The notes beneath the pieces were generated by a model, which was not told the DNA's origin, ran no database searches, and saw only the letters and a list, made by a program, of their open reading frames with translations. A stretch of DNA of 61,972 bases, the filler included, from an uncultured bacterium (GTDB lineage Bacteria > DAOPZR01), in the NCBI GenBank assembly GCA_964637655.1. It is 7 parts of 7 records of this genome, joined end to end, with 100 filler letters (N's around TTAATTAATTAA, not from the genome) between each part and the next. Parts side by side here need not be neighbours in the genome. Positions count along the whole stretch, not along the records: positions 26,789 to 35,531 come from CAZWUZ010000167.1; positions 35,632 to 44,361 come from CAZWUZ010000168.1; 5 more parts are not named here. One strand, 5' to 3'. The translations under genes were made by a program, and so were the position numbers. Of this stretch, positions 30,447 to 39,800 are shown piece after piece (the first letter of the stretch is position 1; each line of letters begins with the position of its first letter).

Positions 30447-31417
30447 AACTCCTCATCGCGCATAACGCCGTGGCTGCGGATGCCGCGCCTGATTGCGCGG
30501 ATGTCCTCACGCAGGTGCACGCAATAGCGGAAGCTGCCGCAGCGGCGGGGCATGAGGCCGCGACGCTGGCGTGGCCGGACGACCCGGCAGCGGCGCGGCG
30601 CGCGCTGGCACAGGCCGTCCCGGACGCAGTCATCAACCTGGTCGAGGAGGTGGGTGGCGTCGAGGCGGATGCCTGCGTTGCGGCGGCGCTGCTGGAGGAG
30701 GCGGGAGTGCCGTTCACGGGGTGCGGGGCAAGCGCCCTGCAACTGACGGCGAACAAACTCACCGCCAAGGCAGTGCTCGCCGCGCAGCAGTTGCCGGTGC
30801 CGCGCTGGCGCAGCGCGGACGGTCGCGGCAACGCCGCCACGCCCGGCACCTTTCTCCTGAAGCCGGAGGCGACACACGGGTCGGCCGGGCTCGACGAGGA
30901 ACATCTCTATACAGCAGCGGACGACGTGACGCTGTGCGCGCGGCTCGCGGCGTACGCGGAGCCGCGATTTGCCGAGGAGTTTATGCCCGGGCGCGAGTTT
31001 GCCATCGCGCTGCTCGAACAGGAGATGCTGCCCGCGCCGCTGGCGCCGGCCGAAATCGTTTTTACCGGTGCGGCACGCATCGTCGGCTATGCGGCCAAGT
31101 GGCTGCCGGAGAGTTATGCCGGTGCGCATACCCTGCGGCGGCTTGATTTTCCCCCGGAGGACGGGCCGCTGCTCAGCGAGGTTGTGGCGCTGGCCCGACA
31201 GTGCTGGCGGATACTCGGTCTCGCGGGTTATGCGCGCATCGATCTCCGCTGCGGTGACGATGGCCGGCCGCGCGTGCTCGATGTCAACGCCAACCCCTGC
31301 CTTGCGTCCGACGCCGGTTTCCTTGCTTCCGCAGCCGCTTCCGGCCTGTCGCTGGCGCAGGTATTCGAATGCCTGCTCGCTGCGGCGTGCCGGCGGAGCG
31401 GGGTGCACCATGTCTGA
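30443..31417 (+). CDS. D-Ala-D-Ala ligase-like ATP-grasp enzyme 2
   Basis: INLVE, PFTG, KPEATHGSAG, GREF, YAAKW, YARIDLR, DVNANP. Confidence 0.85.
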   Translation: MKLLIAHNAVAADAAPDCADVLTQVHAIAEAAAAAGHEAATLAWPDDPAAARRALAQAVPDAVINLVEEVGGVEADACVAAALLEEAGVPFTGCGASALQLTANKLTAKAVLAAQQLPVPRWRSADGRGNAATPGTFLLKPEATHGSAGLDEEHLYTAADDVTLCARLAAYAEPRFAEEFMPGREFAIALLEQEMLPAPLAPAEIVFTGAARIVGYAAKWLPESYAGAHTLRRLDFPPEDGPLLSEVVALARQCWRILGLAGYARIDLRCGDDGRPRVLDVNANPCLASDAGFLASAAASGLSLAQVFECLLAAACRRSGVHHV

Positions 31418-31940
31418 ACGTATTTTCCGGACGGAGCCGGTCGCGGCCGACCGGGCCGCCATCGACGCACTGGTCGCAGCGACGGGCTTTTTCAGCGCGG
31501 CGGAGCGGGCGGTCGCGGTGGAACTGGTCGACGAGCGGCTGCGGCGCGGCGACGCGAGCGGCTACTGTTTCCTGCTCGCCGGCGAGGCGAGCGGCCGCCT
31601 GCACGGCTACTGCTGCTACGGGCGTGTGCCCTGTACCCGAGGTGCCCATGATCTCTACTGGATCGTCGTGGGCCCCGAACAGCAGCGGCAGGGACTGGGG
31701 CGTGAACTCGTGGCCCGCACCGCGGCGGCGGTCGTGCAGCAGGGCGGCTGCCGGCTCTACGCCGAGACCTCGGGGCGGCCGCAGTACGCGCCGACCCGGG
31801 CCTTTTATGCGCGGGCCGGTTTCCGGTGCGAAGCAACGCTTGCGGACTTCTACGCGCCGGGCGATGACAAGCTGATCTATGTGCTGGCGCCGCTGGTGCC
31901 TGATGCCGGCGTGCGGCGCATGGAACTGACGGACGCGTAG
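31410..31940 (+). CDS. GNAT N-acetyltransferase
   Basis: DLYWIVV, QRQGLGREL, ETSGRPQYAPTRAFY, DFYAPGDDK. Confidence 0.88.
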   Translation: MSERIFRTEPVAADRAAIDALVAATGFFSAAERAVAVELVDERLRRGDASGYCFLLAGEASGRLHGYCCYGRVPCTRGAHDLYWIVVGPEQQRQGLGRELVARTAAAVVQQGGCRLYAETSGRPQYAPTRAFYARAGFRCEATLADFYAPGDDKLIYVLAPLVPDAGVRRMELTDA

Positions 31941-31947
31941 CGCGCGT

Positions 31948-32490
31948 TCAATCGCCGGCGCCGTCCGCGGTATTCGCGCGGTAGATACGCCCGGCACGCA
32001 ACTCCGCATATAACTGCCGCCGCCACAACTCGGCCTGTTCGCGGCTGACTCCGAACGCGGCCGCCGCCTCGTCCATTCCCGCGAAACCGTCGAATGTTCC
32101 GGACGGGCAGTAGCCGGTATCGAGGCGGAGCAGCCCCTGTTCCGAGTAGTAGTACGGATGGATGCGGCAGATGAGCGGCCGGACGGCAACGGGCAGGAGG
32201 CAGCCGCCGGTACCGAGAAACCAGCAATCGCCGGCGGGACGGCGGCGGAGTGCCTGTCCCTTGCTGTCGCTTGCGCGGAAAACGAGGCGGTGCCAGTGCG
32301 GGTCCTCAGCGTCGGGCCAGTTGTCGGGCGCGTAGTAGTGGTCAGCGAGAAAGCGGAATTCGTGGAAATCATCACGCCCTGTGTGCAGGCGGATGCGGTC
32401 GAGGTCGGCGTCCGTGATGTTGATGTCGCAGATCTGGCAGCAGGTGCGGCGGGTCGCGGCGCAGGCCAGGCAGGGTGCGGGACTGGTCAT
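31948..32490 (-). CDS. YkgJ-family cysteine-cluster protein
   Basis: CLAC...TCC, CWFL...GC, RPLICRIHP. Confidence 0.85.
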   Translation of the reverse strand: MTSPAPCLACAATRRTCCQICDINITDADLDRIRLHTGRDDFHEFRFLADHYYAPDNWPDAEDPHWHRLVFRASDSKGQALRRRPAGDCWFLGTGGCLLPVAVRPLICRIHPYYYSEQGLLRLDTGYCPSGTFDGFAGMDEAAAAFGVSREQAELWRRQLYAELRAGRIYRANTADGAGD

Positions 32491-34220
32491 CCGTCGACCT
32501 GCTGCAGGTGCACGATCCGGTCCATGCGTGCGGCTACGCGTTCGGAATGGGTGAGGCAGATGACGGTCTGCGCTGCCGCCGCGGCAAGCAGATCGTCGAG
32601 GATGGCCTGCTCGGTCCCGGCATCGAGCCCGGAGGTGAACTCGTCGAGGATAAGCACCTGCGGCTCGCGGATGAGCGCGCGGCCGAGCGCCAGGCGCTGG
32701 CGCTGGCCGGTGGAAAGGTCGAGCCCGCCAACGCCAAGGATGGTGTCGAGACCGTCAGGCAGGGCGGCAACCGTGTCCGCGAGGCGCAACGTCGCGACGA
32801 GCCGGCACAGGGCGGTGTCATCGGCCATGGCCCAGCCGAGCGCGAGGTTCTCGCGGACACTCAGCTTGAAGAGATGCGTGGTCGGACCGACGAAGCCGAA
32901 GAAGGAAAGATAGAAATCGCGCGGATAGGTAGGGATAGCGCGGCCGCCAAAAAGAATCTCGCCGGCCTGCGGCTCCTCCTGCCGCATGACGAGCGCGGCC
33001 AGCGTGCTCTTGCCGCAGCCGCTCGGCGCCATGACGGCGACCTTCTCGCCCGCGGCGAATTGCAGTGTGAGGTCGCGGAAAACCGCCCGCCCGGCCGGCC
33101 GGGCAAAGGCGACCCGGCGCAGTTCCAGCGCGGCCCCGGCGGGGGTCAGGGTGAGGTCGCCGGCCGGCCCGGCGGGCATCGTGTCGGTTTCGAGGAGTGC
33201 GGTGAGCCGGGCCAGACTGGCCGTGGCCGAGGAATGGTTGAGCAGGGCGTAGCAGGTGTAGTTGATGTACTCAGAGCAGTAGAGCAGCACCTGGACGAAA
33301 GCGATGATGATGCCGGTGGTGATGGTCGTGTCGCCGCGCACGGCGAGGAAAGCGCCGACCGCAACGGGCGCCGCGGCGCCAAGCCGGGTGAGATGCTGCA
33401 AGGCGCTCCAGGTCCCGTCGATGCGAATCTGCTCCGCTGTCGCCGCCGCCTGATAGGTGCGGTACACGGCGCGGAAGCGGTCGGTGAAGAAGGCGCCGCG
33501 ATTGCAGACGCGGATATCGGCCACGCCGGCGATGGTGTCGATGGCCGTGTCGCTGTAGGCGGACTGCGCGGCCCGGGTGCGCAGCGCCCGGCGGGCGACC
33601 GGCGCGTAGGAGGCGAGCACGAGGGCGGCGGCGAGGCCGAAGAGCGCGAAGGAGGCGAACGTCAGCAGCGGATTGAGGAAGAGCAGCCAGACCGCGAGCG
33701 CGAGCGTGGCGATGACAAAGATGGCTGTGTAGAGCACATGGCTGTAGAAGAACGAGCCGACCTCATCCACGTCGGCGGTCAGGCGGGTCAGCAGGTCGCC
33801 GGTGGTGAACCGGCTGAAAAAGGCGGAACGCTTGGCGAGGAGCCGCGCCAGCAGTTTCTCCCGCACGCCGGCCTGCACGTCCTGGTTCAGGCGCACGGCA
33901 AAGCGGATGCAGAGCAGGTTCAGCAGGAAGGAGACGGCGCCCGCGAGCACCAGGCCCGCGGCATAGAGGAGCAGCAGGCGGCCATCACGCGCCGGCATGA
34001 CGACGTCGATGAGCTGTCCGGTGAGCCAGGGAACGAGAAACTGGACGGCGCTGGCAGCGACGGCAAAGAGGAGGAAGGCGGCGAGCAGGCGGCGGGAGCG
34101 GCGCAGTTCGCCGGCGAAGAAACTGACGGTCCGTGCCAGCGAACGCAGGAAATCAGGCAGGCCGTCCGCAGGCGCTGCGTCCGCCAGTTCGTCGTGCGCG
34201 ACAGGTTCCCGGTTCGCCAT
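32487..34220 (-). CDS. ABC exporter, fused permease/ATPase
   Basis: GDLLTR TM domain; APSGCGKST, LSTGQRQR, ILDEFTS, H-loop. Confidence 0.9.
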   Translation of the reverse strand: MANREPVAHDELADAAPADGLPDFLRSLARTVSFFAGELRRSRRLLAAFLLFAVAASAVQFLVPWLTGQLIDVVMPARDGRLLLLYAAGLVLAGAVSFLLNLLCIRFAVRLNQDVQAGVREKLLARLLAKRSAFFSRFTTGDLLTRLTADVDEVGSFFYSHVLYTAIFVIATLALAVWLLFLNPLLTFASFALFGLAAALVLASYAPVARRALRTRAAQSAYSDTAIDTIAGVADIRVCNRGAFFTDRFRAVYRTYQAAATAEQIRIDGTWSALQHLTRLGAAAPVAVGAFLAVRGDTTITTGIIIAFVQVLLYCSEYINYTCYALLNHSSATASLARLTALLETDTMPAGPAGDLTLTPAGAALELRRVAFARPAGRAVFRDLTLQFAAGEKVAVMAPSGCGKSTLAALVMRQEEPQAGEILFGGRAIPTYPRDFYLSFFGFVGPTTHLFKLSVRENLALGWAMADDTALCRLVATLRLADTVAALPDGLDTILGVGGLDLSTGQRQRLALGRALIREPQVLILDEFTSGLDAGTEQAILDDLLAAAAAQTVICLTHSERVAARMDRIVHLQQVDG

Positions 34221-34447
34221 GGCGCGATGGTAGCATGCAGGGAAAACCAGGGTCAAACGGGGTGCCGGTGACGCAACCTGATCCCGTTGACGGCGGACAG
34301 GGAGGGTGTTGTCATGTCAGTGGTGAATGTGCATAACCTTTGACAGGAAAAAAACGGTCACGTACTGGCAGTCAGCGGCGGCATACCATTCCGCAATAGT
34401 ACCACCGCAATGAGTCGGCGTACGCGACGGGTATTTCCGCCGGTGTG

Positions 34448-35531
34448 CTACAGCCAGCGGCTGATTTTGTCACGGAAGCGGGTGTAGAGGAACGAGACGG
34501 CGATGAGGCAGACGCCGAGCCCGAAGAAGGCGATGATGCGGTAGAGTGTTTCGAGCCGCCAGATATCGACGAGCAGCGCGCGCAGCAGGGCGAGGGCAAA
34601 GAGGGCGAGTCCCAGCCGGCGCCAGGATGCTGTTTCCCACCAGATGCCGAACCCGGCGAAGACAAACGCGGCGACCGCCCACCCGAGCGTGACGTAGGTG
34701 GTGTGGAATAGTTCTGCGCGGTAGATGACCCAGGCAGTAAAAAGCCCGGCGACCAGAGTCAACAGCGTGGTGAGGAACCGTTGTGCCCGGTCGTCGAGAA
34801 ATGACAGGACGGTGCGCGGCTGCAGCGCCAGCAGACGTTCGCACAGCAGGTAGCCGAAGGCGAAGCAGAGGCCTGACACGGCGTGCACGACGGGAGCGTC
34901 CACCACGACGAAACGCAGCGCCAGCCAGCCGGCAAAACCGAGCAGCACGATCTGCAGCAGGCCGAAACGGAACGGCATGGCGGCGAGCGCGAGCGCCAGT
35001 GCAAGCCCGAGGCAGACCGGCCCGAAGAGCAGCTCGTCGAGCAGCAGCTGACCGGTGAGTATGGCCACGGCAGCGGTCAGCGCGCCGAGCAGCAGCAGGT
35101 GGCAGTAGAGGACGCCCGCGGCGAGGAGGAGTGATTCACGCCCCGCCCGGCGCTGCTGCCAGTAATGCCATTCCGGCAGCACACCGCACACCAGCAGCAT
35201 ACTGGCGGCGGACACGGCGTAGAACGGCCAGAGTTCGCCGGCGGCCGCCTGCTGGTGCGCGGTCCAGACCGTGTGCAGGGCAAAGTAGCCGCCGGCGACC
35301 GCGAGCGACGGGCTGCGCAGCAGTCCGGCGCCCAGAGCGAAGGCGGCGAACATGGCGAGCAGCAGCCAGTCAGGGAGCGGCGCAATGAAGTGCGCGGCAG
35401 TGATGAGCCAGTGCAGCAGCACGGCGCCGGGGAGCGCAAACCCGCAGGCGACGCGCGTGGCAACAGAAGCAGCGGCAGGCGCGGCGCCGCGTTCCCGCAG
35501 AAATTCGTAGAGCTCCGCCTGCTTTTTCGCT
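34448..35531 (-). CDS. DUF2339-like polytopic membrane protein, 5'-truncated
   Basis: C-terminal RRLGLALF...VDIWRLETLYRIIAFFGLG...SFLY. Confidence 0.75.
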
Positions 35532-35631
35532 NNNNNNNNNNNNNNNNNNNNNNNNNNNNNNNNNNNNNNNNNNNNTTAATTAATTAANNNNNNNNNNNNN
35601 NNNNNNNNNNNNNNNNNNNNNNNNNNNNNNN

Positions 35632-35708
35632 TTGTGTTCAGCATGTACGAACCATTCGGCATAATCCGGAGTTCGGCATTATGACGATTATGCCGCATTC
35701 GGCATAAG
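35632..35708 (-). promoter_or_regulatory. attI-like region at the contig edge
   Basis: Repeated TTCGGCAT(A/T)A and inverted TTATGCCG boxes; minus strand ends GCTGAACACAA at the break, just upstream of an intI remnant. Confidence 0.45.
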
Positions 35709-35867
35709 CGGCATTCATTCGCCACGCATTTGCTGGAAAACGGCTACGATATCCGTTCCATCCAGAGTTTGCTCGGTCACACTGACATCAGGACGACAAT
35801 GATCTACACGCACGTCGCCGCCAAGAACCGACTGGGGGTCAAATCGCCGTTGGATGAAGCCACTTGA
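35709..35867 (+). pseudogene. intI: Integron integrase C-terminal remnant
   Basis: [49 protein letters not shown]; in-frame TGA at 35682, so the N-terminus is missing. Confidence 0.85.
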
Positions 35868-36168
35868 GTGTTCCATTCGTGCTACCGGTGCAAAAACGAT
35901 AGTCTCGGTTGACCTTCTCCCAAAATTACGTCCAAGTTGATATGGGAAATAGCCGCCCACTCCCCTCACGCGGGGGCGGGGAGATGTCGCCGGGCAAGCC
36001 GCGCGACAACTCCCCGCTGTCGTGGTGATGCCCTGGGCGTGCGCACAGATCGTGCGCGAGAAGAGCGCACGAACTGTGGCATCCGCTCCAGCGCCGGGCA
36101 TTCTGCCCGGCACTTTTGCGGACTTCGCGCCCGGGCACCACCCCGCCCCGCACCCCGGCACGGGCGGC

Positions 36169-36640
36169 CAATCTACTGGCTACCACTGAGATTCCTTAGC
36201 GTTTTCAGCGCCATATCACCCAACAATCCCACTTGCCTACTAGAACCAATGCCGCCTACACTCGCGCAGGCGATGGAAATAATAGTGGTTTCCTCATTAT
36301 TGCATAACAGGATCCTCATAAATGAGATGGAAAGAAAGAACCCCGGCATTTCTGCCGGGGCTTGTCTGCATACCTGAATCTGGCTCGAGGAATGAATCCT
36401 CGTCCACCGGTTTCCCTCACCCTCACCGCATACGGGCAAGGATCTCGATACAGGCGCATGCCGACGTAAACATTGTATCACGTTACTGATTTTTCTGCCA
36501 CGATATTATCACATATTATGCAATACATTATAAAAAAATATTTTCGGCATCATTTTGCTGGAGTGTTGTTTCAAACAATCTACTGATCACCACCATTGAG
36601 ATTCCCCTGCGTTTTTAACGCCCTTTTCTTTCAACAATCA
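36169..36640. repeat. Imperfect direct repeat of about 65 bp (36169-36230 and 36576-36640)
   Basis: CAATCTACTG...ACCA.TGAGATTCC...GCGTTTT.A.CGCC...CAACAATC in both copies. Confidence 0.7.
36339..36363 (-). terminator. Hairpin terminator with T-rich tail on the minus strand
   Basis: CCCCGGCA-GAAA-TGCCGGGG followed by TTCTTTCTTT. Confidence 0.6.
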
Positions 36641-36851
36641 CGCAATCAATAACATCCCCCAAGGTCTGAATCCCACGTTCTAGACTGGCACTATGCATTT
36701 GATATAGTGGGAAAATATGTCTAATAGAGCGGCAAAGTGGGATAAAAACGACATTATTCTTGACAAAAAAAGCCTATTGTGGTAATATACAGTAGGACAT
36801 GCACCAATGCACTAACCGCTAGCGCGGTTAGTACAGGAAAGGCGGGCGGAT

Positions 36852-39800
36852 ATGCTGAATTGTCGCAAGATAACATCCGGTAATGAAACCGCCGCCGCCG
36901 ACTACTATGCTACCGAAAACCGCTACTATTCCGATCAGGCCCAAGGTGGGCTGAGGATTCAGGGAACGCTGGCCGCTTACTTGGGGTTCCAACCCGGTGA
37001 ACAGATAACCGCCAACGAGCTGGCAGCGCTTCTTGCCGGTCGGGATCGCAGCGGGGAAGATGTTCTTGCTAAGCGTGAGAAACACCGGGTGTCGGCGTAT
37101 GACCTTACCTTTTCCCCGGACAAGTCTGTCTCTGTGGCTGTGCTCGATGATCAACGTCTGATCGATGCGCACCACCGAGCCGTATCGCTGGCTATGGCTG
37201 AGATCGAAGCGCGATACCTTCGCGGCCGGGATCGCAGCGGAACGAACCATGAAGGTGATGGCCGGGCGGCCTGGGCTACGGCTACGGACAACCTGTCGAG
37301 ATCTGGCGACCCACATCTGCACACGCATGCGATTGTTCTCAATATGAGCGAACGCGGGGGCAAAGTCGCGGCGCTTGATGGGAAAAAGCTCCTGCGCCGC
37401 GATGTGGTCATGTTGGGGGGAGAAATATATCGCCAAGTGCTCAGGCGGGAGGTATCTGCTCTCGGATACTCTACCTCAGAAACTAAAAACGGGTGGCGTT
37501 TGGATGCTGTCAGCATTGACCTCTGCCGGGAACTGTCAAGCAGGAGAAACGAAATCACTGCGGCGTTGGGACGGGCGGCGCTTAAAAAGGGCGATGGGGT
37601 AATTTTGTCGGCTCGTGAGCGCGAACGCATTGGGATCGCAGGGGGGACGGTTGAAGAAGTAGGGGAAAGGATTATTACGATAACCGCGGCGAATGGATGC
37701 CGTGCCGATATCCCGATCGCGGGGACGGATGCCGCGGCGTGGGCGATGACTCGTGTTGCTAAGGATAATTCTCCCGGTAGCGCGGAAGCAGTCCAGCACT
37801 GGCGCGCTGTTGCAGCAAAGTACAAGACCTCTGTCGAACACGAGCGCCAGCGCGCTGCAATCGAATACGCGCAATGGCGTGATGCCGCGGCATATTCATT
37901 GTGGGCGCAGCATGGGAGGGAAGGCAAAGCGGAAAGCGAACGTGAAGCATGGGGGCGTGCTGCTGTGCGCGCGACCGCAAGGCAAGCCTGGGCGAGCCGG
38001 GAAGCGATGCTGTATGAGTACTTGCGTGAACGCGGTGACGAATTGCTTACGATTGCGCAGGCGGAAGAGCGGCTTGAACAGGCAAAACAAACGGGTATTC
38101 TTGCGCACGACGGCGCCGGACGCTTTACGTCGTGGGATCTCGTTGAGGCGGACAGAAAGTGTGTGCTGGCGCTGGATCATGCGGTGTCGGCTGAATTGGT
38201 GCGTGCCGACGCCGATAAACTGCTTGCCCGGGTGACTGCCTGCGATAGTGGCAGAGTCCCGCTGGATAGCGAGCAGCAGGAGGCCGTGCGAGCAATCCTT
38301 GCCTCAGAGCGCGGTGTGGTGGCGATACAGGGAACGGCGGGTGCCGGTAAGTCGACTATGTGCCGTGCTTTGAAAAGCGCGGCCGATATCGCCGGGATAG
38401 AGGTTATCGGGGCAAGTGTGGCCGGCAAGGCTGCCGCGAACCTGCGTGATTCGTCAGGGATTCAGTCCTACACGATGGTTGGCTTGCTGAATAACTACGA
38501 TAAACAGCAACCGGGTAGCAGGAAGCCACGTGTTGTCGTCGTTGACGAAGCCAGTATGGTTGGGACACGGGCGATGGCGCGATTGCTTGAACGGGCCGCA
38601 GCTCATGGTGATAAGATTGTCCTGATGGGTGACCGTGCGCAGTTGTCTGCGATCAATGCCGGCAGACCCTTCGAGAGAATCCAGGAGCAGGCGGCTGTGC
38701 GCGGCGAACTGCTGACACTGACGAGCAACCACAGGCAGACCAATCCTGTGCTGCGCGAGGCGGTGGAATATGCCCGCAGGGGGCAGATGGCGGAAACGAT
38801 CAGGGTATTGGATGAAGCCGGTGCTGTGATCGAATACGATAGCGAAACGGACAAGAATACAGGGATCTCCCGCCATGAAGTGATTGCGGAAATTTTCAAA
38901 CGAGGGGACCTGGTACTGACCTGCACCCGAACCGATCGCGACAGGCTGAACGCCGCAATTCGCAGCCGGCAGGTGCTGTCAGGCGAGGTTGCCGCCGGGA
39001 GCGCGACGGTTGTTACCTATAAAGACGAAGATGGTATCGAGGTCGATAAGGGAATCTCTCTGGGTGCTGGGGATCGTGTTGTATTCAAGGAGAATGACCG
39101 CCGCTTTGGCATCTGCAATGGCGACACGGGAACTGTCGTCAGTATGTCGGGCGACGGTGCGCTGGATGTCCGCCATGATGACGGTCGCGAAATATCCATG
39201 GGTAATTATCGGGCGCTTGACCATGGATACGCCCTGACAACTGCATCAGCACAGGGACAGACATGCCAGCGCGTTATTATCGATGCGGCAACCGCGCATG
39301 GTGTCCATGACGCCCGTTCCGTGTACGTGCAAATATCTCGTGCACGTGAGCAGGCGCTTATATTCACGGACGACAAAGAACGCCTTCTGGAAAATGTTCA
39401 GGATATGGCCGTGCCCATGGATACACTCGGGTTTATTGCGACGACTATGGCGAGCGCGATAACACCGGAACATGAATTGCTTGCTGCAAACGGTAACCAT
39501 GTGGTGCACACACACTCACAGGCGACGCGGCGACCTGTCGTGAGTGCACAGACAAGTTCGTCGTCTGTTGCGGTGCCGACTTTCGAACAGTTCCGGAAAA
39601 TGCCGCTCAGGCAGCAGCGTGCCGAATGGATACGGCGCGAGCGGGACGCATACACCGACAGCTTGACCGGCGCTCGCAGTCGCGCATGGGCGGAACGTCA
39701 CTCCATTATGCGGATGGAAACCATCGATGTGCACGGTGGGAAAGTCGTCAGGCCGGTCATCGCCAACGGATTTCAGGGGATGATTGATATTGACAGATTC

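Noticed and set aside
35922-35952. dif-like sequence TTACGTCCAAGTTGATATGGGAAAT near the mobile element
   Set aside because: Only one arm resembles a Xer site, and arm spacing and matches are too poor
35715-36161. Minus-strand 148-aa ORF
   Set aside because: Its C-terminal part is the antisense shadow of the intI remnant
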